DNA from: Leucoraja ocellata
Taxonomy: Eukaryota
Assembly (NCBI GenBank): GCA_036785375.1
Contig: JAWMAR010001303.1
Span: 62,001 to 126,000, forward strand
Reading direction: 5' to 3'
DNA length: 64,000 nt
Part shown: positions 50,767 through 64,000 of the stretch, in pieces
How the letters are laid out: each line of letters opens with the position of its first letter
Position numbering within the stretch: the stretch's first letter is position 1
Notes under the pieces: model-generated
What the model saw: only the letters and a program-made list of their open reading frames with translations
The model's database searches: none
What the model was told of the DNA's origin: nothing
Position numbers and translations under genes: made by a program

Positions 50767-52084
50767 TCTCCCCCTTACCCGAATACAATAAAACCTTACC
50801 CGGGATACAAGCCAATCAGCTGCTTCCTCTAGTCCTGTAATGGCTGCTTCCTCTAGTCTGTTCGACCAATCAGAGGCTTCCACCAGCCCCCTTAATTTGA
50901 AGTGTGATCTGCGAATGGAATGTTGCAGATTTTGGTCGCTCCTCCCTCACCAATGGCTCCTGAGCCTCTGTTGAAACAAGCCCCGCGATGGCTTTTTTAA
51001 CTCACCACACGGAGGTCGCTCGTCCCTCACCAACGGCTCCTGGGCCTCTCATAATGTTTTCATAACAACTCCAGCAACGTTTCTGAACATTATGATAATC
51101 CATAATTGTTATTGTTTATTTAATGGGCAGGAGGAATTAAGTAGCAATCAAAAACAATTACCCTCTGCTTAAGAGTACACTTAACACTGTTGATTACAGG
51201 GCAACTTGCTGCAGTAAGTTTAATGAGTGAATAACAAACAAATGTCATGATTTGATGGAAATTATGGGTGAGGTTAAGAGCAAATGCTATTTTCATGAAG
51301 ATAATAGCACAATAGGGAAAATCTGCTCATAACTTCAAATAACAGCTCCTGGAGAATCTCCCACTTGTCAAAAGTTGGTGGAAAAACTTGTACTTTTGTA
51401 ATATCACCAGGCATGCCTTCCATTTTTCAGCAAAATCTGATCTTAAATGTCTTTTCTGCACACCTTCAAAAGTAAAATGGAATGCATTAAAAAGATTCAG
51501 GTCAGATCAGAAGGCAATATTATAGTTAGATACAAGGTTGCGTCATGGTATACTATAGGTGACTTTAAGCAGTATGCAGCAGTTATTGTAATATGGGGCA
51601 GACAATTTGCCTAGGGGAATAACAAGTACAGTTGACTGACAGCTGAAAAGCACAATGTTATTACATTGTTCTTTAAAAAATGTGTCACATATGGAAATAT
51701 TTGGCATTTATTTTTTGCTATGCATTGATGAGTTTGTTTGCTAGCAATATTTTGCAGTGTATGAATGTCAATAAAAAGTTGCAGCAGTATGAATCAATCC
51801 ATAATTTAATCTTTGCACTGACAATATGAGCCCATAGAAATGTTTATTATTATTCTTGAACATTACTGCAAATGTAGAATTTTGTTTTTTGTGTTTTTGA
51901 TGATTCATAATACGTTTCATGTAGGAAAAAATATGACCACATAGATCTTAATAGAATTTATAATAAGGATTAGAAATAGCTGAAATAAGCCTCAATGGGG
52001 AAATCAGTTTGTACGTGCCGAGACAAGGTACATTTTATGAATTTGTACATTACGTGTGGAGTCTTGTACAAAAAAAAGAAGTGT

Positions 52085-53235
52085 AAGACATAGACATGGA
52101 ATACTACAGTAGCGTCCCTTTGGTCCACAAAATCCATGCCATACTTGATGTTGTTAAACTAATCTCCTCTGCCTGCACATGATCCATATCCCTCCAACTC
52201 TGGATACCCATGTGCTATTGAAAAGCCTCCTAAATGCCACTATCATATCCATCTCCAACACCAGCCCTGGCAGCACATTCCAGGTACAAGCCACACTTTG
52301 TGCAGAAGACATATCTCGCACTTTCTCTTTTAAATGTGCACCTTACACCTTAAAGTTTTGCCCTCTTAAATCAGAGAAATAGGATCATAAAACCATACAG
52401 TAAGGCAACAACCCTTTTGCCCAGCCAAGATGCCACATTCAAACTAATTCCATTAACCTGCATTTGGTCCAATTCCACTAAATCTTTCCTATCCATTTAC
52501 TTTTGAAATCCTGTTATATTACCTGCCCCAACTACCTCCTCTGACAGCTCGTTCCTTATACCCATCACCATCTGTGTGAAAAAGTTGCCCCTCAGATTTC
52601 AATTAAATCTTGTTCCTATTAATCTCAATACATTCTCTGGTTTTGATTCCCCTCCCCTTAGCAAATGAGTCTGTGCATTCACCCTGTCTACTCAACTCAT
52701 TATTTTATGCATCTCGATAAGATCATCCCTCATCCTTGTGCGCTCCAAGGAATAAAGTCCTAGCCTGCCCAATCTCGCCATATAGTTCTGCCTCTGAAGT
52801 CCTGTAAACATCCTTGTAAATCTTTTCTGCACTCCTTTCAGCTTAAAACATTTCCATTTCTACCCTGGATAAAAGTTTCAGACTATCTATCCTGTCTATG
52901 ATTCTTATGATTTTGTATAGAAACATAGAAACATAGAAATTAGGTGCAGGAGTAGGCCATTCGGCCCTTCGAGCCTGCACCGCCATTCAATATGATCATG
53001 GCTGATCATCCAACTCAGTATCCCGTACCTGCCTTCTCTCCATACCCCCTGATCCCCTTAGCCACAAGGGCCACATCTAACTCCCTCTTAAACGTATACT
53101 TCTATCAGGTCTCCCCTCAACCTCTGCCTTTCCAAAGAAAACAATCTCAGTTTGTCCAACCTCTGCTTACAGCTCATAACTTCTAATTCAAGCAGCATTC
53201 TGGTAAGCCTCTTCTGCACCCTCTCCAAAGCCTAA
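52085..53235 (-). mobile_element. Cluster of CR1 3' fragments including a young 3' tail at 52918-53091
   Basis: Repeated CR1 3'UTR motifs; the young tail is flanked by gtata on both sides. Confidence 0.8.
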
Positions 53236-54539
53236 AGAAAGGTTATGATTGTGACACCTTATGATTCTCTGACATTTGACGATAAAGGATGGAATCCCCC
53301 TTAAGGCACATTTGCTTTGTATGACTTCCTAATGTACATTAGTGGTGTTGCCTCTCTGCACTGACACTAATGAGCTATTAGATATAATTGTAAATGGCTG
53401 ATTTAACATTGATTCTAGCACATGAATTATGTGCTACTGCTCCAGATAATCACAACCAAGGAAGAGCGCTTCTTAAAAATATATTTAATAGTATGTGAAG
53501 CCAGGAGACTCGGAGATGCTCTTCATTGTTTCACTGCATTATCCCTCTGACAGTCTTTCCCCATCCTTTTATCTTTTCCACTTTCTGTCCTCTCGGCCAA
53601 GATCAATCAGAAAGAGATTTTGAATTCAAAATTATCTTCATTGGTGAGCCATCTGCTGACTGTAAGAAGGAATCTGCAGTCTACCTGCTGATTTTCCAAT
53701 TGCTTTTGCAAAATGTATTCTTCTTCAACTCAATTTGGTAACAGGTGGCCAAGGCATAGGCATGGCTAAGGGCCCGTTTTTTTTCAGCTATGTAGAGTGA
53801 ACAGTGCCTTGACCTGCAGAATGGTACATTCAAATGTTTATTTTTCAAATCAGGATTACATCACATCCTTTTTAACCTTTTCATTGTCTCAAAATTTTCT
53901 TGGAGGAATTGTTCATTGTGCACACTTAATTGTCCTACAATTTGCAATAAAGCTGGAACATGTCATTTTTATTAATTTATTACATTTTTTGCTTGTTAAA
54001 ATTATTATTTGTTGAATGAAACTGATTTTGATATTGGCCTTAGTCATGATATTTTGTTTTATCTGGAAAAAAAAAGAAAAATATCTGGGGAGTTCTAATT
54101 AATGCAAGCACATGACCATTTCAATGTCTTGTTGTTGTTTAATTCATGTGAACTTTTAATGTTTAAGAATATTCCTGCTTTCCTTTTGAATTAGTGTCGT
54201 TTTTAAAGCATTCAATCATTTCACAGTGTTACTGTCATTCCTACCCAGTAGGACAAACCAGTCAATTTTGCTTGAGTTATCTGACATCTTTGTAACTTTA
54301 ATCCTCATGCAATATGCTGCCAGCTAAGGATTTTCTAATCAAATTATGTCTAAAACAATAATGCTGCTCATATGATCCATAGGTTTAAAGAAGTTGATGT
54401 AGACATAAGGAAGCAATATTATCTAATTTTCTACGTGCACCCATAATCACAATATCTGCTCCAATCCCAGTAAATACATTTTTGTGCTTTTTCTCATACA
54501 ATGTTGAAACTCCAGATCAATTTTATCAATCTTATTACC

Positions 54540-54770
54540 ATTGCCCTTACAGTACACATTATTACTGTCTCCTTGCATTGGCTCCCGTCCCCCTGCCCTG
54601 TTAGTTTAAACGTGACCTTTCCTACACTCTCTTTCCCATTAGCTGCACGGATATGCGTCCTCGTTGTTGACTCCACCCGCCACTTTTTAGTTTAAACTCA
54701 CCCGTGTGTTTAAATTCTAGCTAACCTGCCTGCCAAATTTCAGTCCCCTTCCAATTAAGGTGCAACCCAT
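54540..54770 (-). mobile_element. CR1 ORF1-end fragment
   Basis: tagtttaaac / gtccccttccaattaaggtgcaaccc similar to 49830-49910. Confidence 0.55.
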
Positions 54771-54971
54771 AAGGCTTAATCCCTATCCAACTCAATCAAG
54801 CTTCCTAACTATAATATAAAATAACCTATCTAAGAGATTATCAGATTATTATCTCATTGATTTTTCACATCTTGCTACATATAAACTGCTCACCTTTACA
54901 ACAGAAAGTAAACTTAAATTTGATAGTGTAAAATTATGACTTTGCCATTGTCATATCAGTTAAACCTTTAC

Positions 54972-55210
54972 ATAGAAACATAGAAATTAGGTGCAGGAGT
55001 AGGCCATTCGGCCCTTCGAGCCTGCACCGCCATTCAATATGATCATGGCTGATCATCCAACTCAGTATCCCGTACCTGCCTTCTCTCCATACCCCCTGAT
55101 CCCCTTAGCCACAAGGGCCACATCTAACTCCCTCTTAAATATAGCCAATGAACTGGCCTCAACTACCCTCTGTGGCAGAGAGTTCCAGAGATTCACCACT
55201 CTCTGTGTGA
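54972..55210 (-). mobile_element. Young 5'-truncated CR1 3' end
   Basis: Appears identical over ~165 nt to 52925-53091. Confidence 0.93.
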
Positions 55211-55959
55211 AGAGACAAATGATGATTCAAAAAGAAGCCAACTTAGAGACACAAGATACTACTGATGCTAGAATCTTGAGGAAAAATCAAATTGCTGGAG
55301 GAACTCCGTGGGTCAGGCGGCATTTGTGGAGGGAAATGAACTGACAACGGTTTGGGTCAGGACTGTTCTTTAGACTGAAGCCAGCCTTACATTAATAATA
55401 TTATTTGAGGAGAGAAATTCAAGAGATATAAGATCAAGTGTGTATTTGTCATATGCACCATATATAAACCAGAAACATTAATTTCTTACTTGCCGCAGCT
55501 TTACAGGCCCATTGTACGCAACAACAACAGCATAAAATAAATATACAATACATTAACAGCTATCCTTAGTAAGTTGAGCATGACAGCAGAAAGGTCAAAG
55601 TAGTAGTGAAGTAGTAGAGCAGTGAAATAGAACAGTACAAAAGCGACTCAGCAAAGAATTAAAAACAACTTTCCCAGAACAAAAGATTAGAATGTTTTTA
55701 ATTTGAACAAGCCATACAAAAGGATAGTTAAAGGTCTGTGAAAAATTATGCATAAGGAATTGTTTTGAAAAATTGTTAGTGGTAATTCATCTGTGAAGTA
55801 CAGACTGAAACTAAACCTTGATGATATAAAGAAATAAAGCTGTGAAGTAACTTACTCTAAGACTCATTCTTTTTGAGAGGAAGATGTCTGCCTTTGATGG
55901 GACCAATGTCTAAAAAAACAAATTGTAATCATGGAAACAACAGCTGTCTGGAAAGTGTT

Positions 55960-56088
55960 TAAGAAGGAACTGCAGATGCTGGAAAATCGAAGGTACACAA
56001 AAATGTTGGAGAATCTCAGCGGGTGCAGCAGCATCTATAGAGCGAAGGAAGTAGGCAACGTTTCGGGCCAGAACCCTTTTTCAGACTG
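55960..56088 (-). mobile_element. Penelope-derived pLTR fragment with hammerhead-like motif
   Basis: Reverse complement reads agtctgaaaaagggttctggcccgaaacgttgcc. Confidence 0.7.
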
Positions 56089-58461
56089 GAAAGGGTGAGA
56101 TCAAGATTCAAGATTCAAGATTCAATTTAATTGTCAGAAGCAGTGGATCCCCCCTGAAACATCTTCCCTGGCATTGAAGATCTTAACATTGGGCAGAGTA
56201 ACCAGTTGTCAACATGGTAATAAGAAATAACTAAAAATTTATATTAAAACACGCACGTGAGAAATCATAGTCATGGAACCCACATATGGAAACAGTCAGG
56301 AGTAATTGATTTTATACTCCTCCGTGTCTGACTGGCTCGGTATGGGCATGAGGAGTCATAACATACTGAAAAATTGATTTTAAATCGCATAGTAAACAAA
56401 ACCGTGTGACTTGTCAGCAACTACTCCAAAGACCAGAAGTCGAGAAGGAAGAAGAAGTTCCTTGGATTGAAATTAAGCCTTGCCAGGTTGGAAACAAGCA
56501 GATAATATGAACCTTTTAACATATAGGTCATAGATTAGTTCAAGTAATTTATTTAAAGAGAATAAATAAATATGGTTTGTAGTAAACCAAGCATAGTTTC
56601 ATTGTATCTAGCTAATCAAAATACTTGATTTTATAGTTAAAAGTAGATTGTAAAGAACTTTGGAATGTCCTGAGGATGTGAAAGATATTGAATGAGAACA
56701 ATTTTATTTTCTTCCTTTTTAATCTGGGGCCAATCTTTCCATATATGTGTAAAACAAATATTTTTGTCAGCAGGCAACTAGATGAACACAAGTCATTTAA
56801 AGTACAACTGAATCAGGATAACATTGCATACATTAAGATTCATTGGAATATCCTTTCCAATCAAGGGCACAACCTTGCGGTTCAATTCCATTATTTGTAA
56901 ATACAGGATTCAAACTCAGCAAGAGAACATTTTGAATTTTCTTTTGTTCCATTCCACAGCCAGTAGTTTTAATTTAGATGGGGCATTACATCACAAATTA
57001 GCAAGTATATAAAGTAATTTTGCAAACACATATAGTAACTGGTAGAAATAACAGAAACCGTCCAAAAATGATGTTACATGGCAGGTGAAAAACCACAATT
57101 AATTTCTGATAATGATTTTAACCATGTATTTCACCTTGCATTATTGTCGAGTTGGATCTCCTAGCAACATTAAATATATATACTGGTACAGCTCAATTGT
57201 AGTATAAGAGCTCCACATAGTGGTAGGCTGTTTAATTTTTTTTTTAAAATAACTGTTTCATATTTAAATTGAAATAGTGCAAAGGACATAGCAGTCCCAC
57301 TGTTATAAAAAAATGAGAAAGATATTTCAGTTGCATAAAAACAATTCTTCATAATGCAAATAAGATTAAATCGTATTTGCATTAACATTAACTGAGATAC
57401 CAGATTCAGAATTAAATGAGATTTACCATAAAATTCTCACAAACATTTGGTGAGTAATGATTAAATTGGGAGAGCTGTTGACTGACTAGTCATGCAAAAA
57501 CCAGACACAGTCGTACTCCAAGAATCATAATTTACAACCAACATCCCATACTCTTTCATTGCACTCCTTGTGGGTGTCTTATCCCACCAGGACAGAACCA
57601 CCAAAGGTAGTGAAACATTGGTGTTCAGGCAGAAAGGAATGATCGTGTGAGCCCTGAATACTGATTACAGGTCTCAACGTAATTTCCTGGCACCTGGTCA
57701 AACATGAGTAAGAAAAACTCCTGCTAATCATTATCTGTCATCTTCCCTCAGGGAATTAATTATATCTTCTTTATATGGAATGGCGCTTGGGTGAATGAAA
57801 CATTGAGTTGTAAGGGATCCTAACCAGGAATGGAAAATTAGTACAGGATTTGGCCAACTGGCCTCTCCTTTAGGACATCAGTGCAAAACTGCAGCATCAA
57901 TGAACAATGAAGGAGCAGTTAAGCTGCTTTCATCTTATAAGACAAATTTCCTTTGTCCACCCAAACCCTTCCCCTATCATCTCTGCTACCCAGACTAAAA
58001 TGATTTCTGTCTTTCTCATTTCTGATGGCCACAGACCTGAAATGCTAACTGTTTCTCTTTCCATCAATGCTACCGCAACTGTTGAATTTTTATTCATCAA
58101 TTTCTATTTATATTTCAGATTTCCTGTGTCTGCAGGCTTTTATGGTTTAAAATAAAATTCTCAAGGGCACGAAGCACCATATTAATGGCTTGGCCAATTT
58201 CTCACTCGTGGCATTCACAAATGTTTGACCAGATAAATATAAATGCTTGGATTAATGGCTACAATAGAAACTTCAGATTCCTTGCAGGGACCTATCAGGA
58301 CGGGAAGTCAGAGTAACTCAGCAGGTTAGGCAGCATGTCTGGAGAAAAAAGAATGGGTGAATTTTCGCATTAAGACCCTTCTTCAGACACCTGCATTGAA
58401 GTGTCACCCATCCGTTTTCTCCATAGATGCTGTCTGACCCCACTGAGTTAGTCCAGCACTT

Positions 58462-58980
58462 TATAATAATAATAACTTTATTTGTTAAGCACCTTAAAAA
58501 CAACCAAAGCTGACCAAAGTGCTGTACAGAAAAAAGAAAACAAGCAAGACATCATAAAACAGGCAGAACAACAGAACATACAACTAACACGAGGCGCATA
58601 AATTACATACAAAAATCCAAACAATAAATTAAAAAACATAAAACACGAGTCCGAACCACGCAGCAAAACCAAGCAAATAAAGTTAATAAACAATTCAACA
58701 CCTCACTGGTCTACAAAGGCCATGGAGAATAGATATGTCTTCAGGAGTGACTTAAAAACAGCTAGAGAAGGGGCCTGTTTAACGTGCAGAGGCAATTCAT
58801 TCCACAATCTCGGAGCCGACACAGCAAAGGCACGGTCCCCTCTGAGCTTCCGCATAGTCTTTGGCTCAATCAGGAGCAGCTGATCATCTGACCTGAGAGA
58901 GCGGGAGGGCGAATAAGGGTGAAGAAGCTCAGATAGCTAGGACGGGGCAAGACCACTTAGGGATTTAAAATTAAATAAAA
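58462..58980 (-). mobile_element. L2 LINE 3' end inserted into a Penelope-derived repeat (58305-58461, 58985-59012)
   Basis: Reverse complement encodes GDRAFAVSAPRLWNELP..FKSLLKTYLF; tail aaataaag(tta)n. Confidence 0.85.
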
Positions 58981-59269
58981 GATATAAACTAGCATCTGCA
59001 GTTCCTTTCTACATCTCAAGACTAGATCATGATTATTCTCAAGTACAAATGTAACCCATCCCGGGACTGTTCTCTGACAATGATTTGCTCTGTAAGGGGC
59101 ACAAAAGATGCACTATTCCATACCAGCCTGGAGCACAACTTCAGAGATGGCAATTATGGGTCACCAACATCTTTGTCAGGGTTACTCATCTTTGTTTGAT
59201 TTACCTTTCTATTGATTTTAACAACAGAAAAATCAGGTGGTCTTGAAAGTAGATAATTCAACTGTGATT

Positions 59270-60445
59270 GTATATGAAAGTAAGCATGCAGGTACAGCAG
59301 GCAGTGAAGAAAACGAATGGCATGTTGGCCTTTATAACAAGAGGAATCGAGTATAGGAGCAAAGAGGTCCTTCCGCAGTTGTACAGAGCCCTAGTGAGAC
59401 CACACCTGGAGTATTGTGTGCAGTTTTGGTCCCCTAATTTGAGGAAGGACATTCTTGCTATTGCGGGAGTGCAGCGTAGGTTTACAAGGTTAATTCCCGG
59501 CATGGCGGAACTGTCATATGCTGAGAGAATGGAGCAGCTGGGCTTGTACACTCTGGAGTTTAGAAGGATGAGAGGATATCTCATTGAAACATATAAGATT
59601 GTTAAGGGTTTGGACACGCTAGAGGCAGGAAACATGTTCCCGATGTTGGGGAGTCCAGAACCACGGGCCACAGTTTAAGAATAAAGGGCTGTCCCACGAG
59701 CATGCGACTCCATGCGGCAAGCGTGACCTAATGTGGTCCTTGAGCCGTACAGCCTCACGGGACCGGTCCCACTTCGATCGCCGGAGCCATATGGAGTTGT
59801 GCGGAGCTGGTCCCGACATCGCGCGGGACTCCGGAAAACAGACCGTGTTCAAAAATTCCATGCGGCAACGGCCTGTCGTCCCGCAGCCACCTCGACAGGT
59901 GTGCGCAGTGTCTCAATGCCATACACAGCCTCTTGACACCGTACGTCAGGCGAGAACTTCCCGCGGACTTCGCTCGAACTTCACGTCATTCACTCGACAT
60001 CCGCGCGGCCCCCGCTTCCGATTTGGTCGCGCTCGCCGCATGCAGGCGCATGCTGGTGGGACTGGCCCTGTACGGGGATCACTCGACCTCCGCGCGGCCC
60101 CCGCTTCCGGTTTGGTCTCGTTTGCCGCATGCAGGTCGCATGCTCATAGGCCAGGCCCTTTAGGAGTAAGCCATTTAGAACGGAGACAAGGAAACACTTT
60201 TTCTCACAGAGTGGTGAATGTGGAAATCTCTGCATTAGAGGATGGTGGAGGCAGGCTCTCTGGATGCTTAGAGAGCTTGATAGGGCTCTTAAAAATAGCG
60301 GAGTCAGGGGATATGGGGAGAAGGCAGGAACGGGGTACTGATTGGGGATGATCAGCCATGATCACATTGAATGGCGGTGCTGGCTAGAAGGGCCGAATGG
60401 CCTATTCCTGCACCTATTGTCGATTGTCTATTGTCTATTGTCATT
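59270..60445 (+). mobile_element. CR1 3' part interrupted by a MITE; (CTATTGT)n tail
   Basis: ORF 59268-59678; CR1 resumes at 60163 (ggagtaagccatttag). Confidence 0.93.
59681..60162. mobile_element. PIF/Harbinger-type MITE inserted in CR1
   Basis: TIRs agggctgtcccacgagcatgcgact / ggtcgcatgctcataggccaggccct, flanked by TAA and TTA. Confidence 0.85.
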
Positions 60446-63400
60446 GTTCGGCTTAAACTCAAAGTTGTCATTTGCTCTAATATGTTCACTTAATTTCCAC
60501 AGGATTATTGAAATAAATAGAAACAATTTTCAATATAACCAATCAATTAGATGAGATTAGCAACAGATACCTGAATAATAACTGTCAATTTTCCACCTGT
60601 CTGAAATGAGACCCGATACTTTGTATCTCAAGTCATAGCTTTTGGTGAAATGCATTGGCCTTAATACTAACCATTACATTAGTGAAAACATGTTTTAGGA
60701 TTGTTTTGTATCCCTGTGCCCTCTAACATGACTCCAATCCAATCCTTAAGCTTTACAGTCTTGTGTTATGGGTGAGGCACAGCTTCTATTACTACCGTTT
60801 CATGGTTTAATTTGTTAATTTAGTATTTAAAAGCTGAGGATCAATGTTTGAGTATAGCTGGGTGGTTGTGCAGGAACTGATTTGTAGGGGGAGTAGAATT
60901 CCAAAAGGTATGTGTGCCTTTGTTATCAAGCTGGACTAGGAATATTCCTCAAACTCTTATTAATATATAGCTGTTTCTGATCTATTGACACTACCAGTGA
61001 CAAAAAAATATGTACTGTTTCGTGAACATAGGATATAGTATTAGATTATGTGATCAGGTATCTGAAGTTGATATAAACCCAACACTTTCTGAGTCAACAA
61101 AACTAAAACTAGGACATATTGCATTTTTATGTCCCATGATTACTCAGAGAATAATAGAATACAATGAAACAATTTGACAACAGAACAAGAGAGCAGAGGA
61201 TAGACAAGGGTTAAGTTTGACTGGCCAGAAATCTGTGATGCTGGATCAATTATCTGATTCCTGCTATTGTGCTCTTTTTAATCAATATCATTCATGTTGT
61301 GCTATCACGGGAGATTAAGATATTCCACAAAGAGTTAATTGCACATCTAATAATGCAATCATATAATTGCACATCACAGACTAAACATTGTATGACTCTT
61401 TTTAATAACATTGGGGCTTGCTAAATTTACAGTATGTTGCAATGACTTCCACAGTAAAAGCTGCACAAGACATAATGCTACATCTGGATAGAATTCAGGA
61501 TGCCTTTATCTACAGTCATTAAGTGCTGTCTTTAATGAAGCATTGTTCTGCAAATACAACCTAGAAACACATTTGTTCTATCTAAAGTTTTATGACCATA
61601 GTCATAAAATTACTGAAAATTATGCTCAAAACCATGCAGATCTTTTGCTTTTAGATTAAAGAAAATCTGCACTGTGCAGTATATGGGGAGATTTAACAGT
61701 TATCTATGTGTAGCAGGAACATATGGCAATGTTTATGGAATAAAGTGATGTTTATTAAGCATTTTACATTCAGCAGTATGAAGTCTGGCATTATTCCTTG
61801 AATTTCTGACACTTCTACTGATCTGCTGCCTTCTGTTGTTACGTTATGTTTGGATGCATTTTCTAAGTTTAGAAACATTTTAACAAGCAAAATGCATTAC
61901 CATTACTTTAACAATTAGAGCCATTGGGGAGAAAAACACATTCTTACACAGCTCATGTATAAAGGGTGCATTTAACAGCTGGTTAGGAAAGTTATATGCT
62001 TATGCCACAAGTTGCAGAAGTTTCAGTGTAGGTGAACCCCTTTCTAATTGTCTACCTAGGCAATATGTTCAGAATCAAGCAATGGCAGTAAAAACAAAAT
62101 TTCCCTCCAGTAAATGCTACAAAACCCACCTTTTTCTCAGAACCTAATCACAAATGTATTCCCTATTTTTACAGCTGCGCATTGAAACAAAAATAGATTT
62201 AAAAGCTGGAGAGGAATGGATGTCATCCGCAAAGTCTACGCAAACTTAAACAATTATTTATGGCTATATCCATGCAAGATTGTTAAAGTGGTATGAATTA
62301 TTTCTCACCAGCTAGTTACAGCAATATGAGGATGAAAATGTTTCGGAACATATTTGGTGATCTGAGTTGCTTTAATTTTACTTCTAATTAACTTTGGAAC
62401 AAATATTATTAATGGAATAATTTAATTTCGGGTCTGTAACATTGTACAATGAAGGCTTTACCAAATCTGAAAGTAAATAACATGCAGATAGCTGTTAAAT
62501 CCACCTGCAAATAAATAAATTAAAAGCAGGGGAAATGAAATAATGTTGTTTTAGAGTTTCATGATGCTAAGATTCATGATCATTGCTCTGAAACTGAAGG
62601 AGACATAACCATGACTTGAGGTTGTGTTGCTTCACAAAATAAAACATTCAATTGTACAAAGTCTAAAGTGTGTTAAAACAGCATGCCTTAAGGACTCTTT
62701 ACATAGGGGATAATGAAGTTCTCGAAAGGCCACTGAAAGCCAAGGGAATACGTTTTCAATAACTCTGAATGCCCAAATGGTTCAAAGGGTTGGATAGTTA
62801 TGTAATGTAGTCTAAGTTATAATCTTCTGAAGCATTCATTAACCTAGGCTGTTCACAAGGATTTTTTTTCTAATTTTCCATGTAATTACATGGCTCTAGG
62901 TGAGTAAAGTGTAACTTTACGGCGATGCACCAGATAAAGCTTGATGTGTCTGAGTTCAGATTGTAAATACATGCAACAGTCACAACGTTATACTTTAATA
63001 ACTTCCATCCAAGGAAATATCTATTAACCAGTATTATCTGTTTTATATTGTTCAGTCAATTTCCTATCCTTGCTGTTTATTACTCATAATATAATACACT
63101 ATACTTCACCAAGCATTTTAGATAGTATTTAATCAAATGTTGATATTTCTAAATGTCACATTCATTGCATTTTCTTTACCCGCACATTGAGTTGTTCCTT
63201 ATATTGATCATACCTATATTGCCTTTCCCTAGTGCTTGATAAAGTCATTGTAATATGTGGCTTACATTATCATTTGGGAGATATCTTATACACTCATTTT
63301 TTTGGAGGTTAAAAGTGAAAAATTTAAAATACTTTTTTTTAAATAAACATTCTGAATGACATTTCAAAAACAAGAACTCCAAATGACACAGAAACATTAA

Positions 63401-63714
63401 AATAAATCTTCAGCTCTAAACACCTCAAAATTATTAAACATAACCCTGATTGGCAAAAAAACGAAGTATCTCCTTAACTAATACAGTTCAATCAATAAAG
63501 GCTCTGATTAATTGCCAACAATTAGTTAATCAGAATGAAGAATCTATCTTGCTAAACTATTTACGTCATACATGTTGGTCACCACATGACGTGTTCCAGA
63601 CAGTGTCATAAATAATATAAATGCACAATGCAAGTTCGACATAAAATAACCTGAATTCATATTATTTAAGTAGGCATGAAAAAATTGCTATCTTGTGAGG
63701 TAATGATCAAACGA

Positions 63715-63925
63715 GTCATGATGGCACAGTGGTAGAGAGTTGCAGCCTTACAGCAAAATGCAGCGCCAGAAACCCAGGTTCGATCTCGACTACCGGTGCC
63801 GTCTGTATGGATTTTGTACATTCTCCCCGTGACCTGCATAGGTTTTCTCCAAGATCTTTGGTTTCCTCCCACACTCCAAAGACGTACAAGTTTGTAGGTT
63901 AATTGGCTTGATAAAATTGTCCAAG
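63715..63925 (+). mobile_element. HE1-type tRNA-derived V-SINE (head and core)
   Basis: A box tggcacagtgg, B box ggttcgatctc, V-domain ggtttcctcccacactccaaagac. Confidence 0.88.
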
Positions 63926-64000
63926 TTGGCGATATGCAGAGCACTGCCCTGCTGACTACAAAATTCAGAAGGTTCAGAAGGATCACATTGTCAGCCATGA

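Larger units (their letters stand above)
46806..51050 (-). mobile_element. Near-full-length CR1 LINE (5'UTR, ORF1, ORF2, 3'UTR), inactivated
   Basis: Ordered ORF1 (Cys motif, SGNH esterase), EN, RT, and an (ATATGGTT)n tail at 46808-46826. Confidence 0.96.

Overview
Eukaryotic, repeat-dense non-coding DNA. The repeat complement (HE1-type V-SINEs, HER1/CR1 LINEs, Penelope-derived repeats) points to a cartilaginous fish, probably a skate or ray (inference). No host protein-coding gene can be confidently identified; nearly all long ORFs are transposon relics or low-complexity artefacts. Contents: many CR1 fragments plus one near-full-length CR1 (46806-51050, -), Rex1/Babar and L2 3' ends, a family of non-autonomous elements with Rex1-like tails, Penelope-derived elements with degenerate hammerhead motifs, a decayed DIRS element in a four-level nest, PIF/Harbinger MITEs and a transposase/MADF relic, a solo-LTR family, and a 2.3-kb rearranged Gypsy element (32449-34787). 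The most striking signal is at the Gypsy PBS. It carries a 42-nt copy of tRNA-Leu with a mismatch exactly opposite position 58 (m1A), then a fold-back copy of the element's own PPT/LTR start, then scrambled pol segments, which reads as a fossil record of aberrant reverse transcription. Two near-perfect local inverted duplications (24039-24228; 39621-39686 vs 40096-40161) also stand out. Boundaries of degraded repeats are approximate (read by eye).
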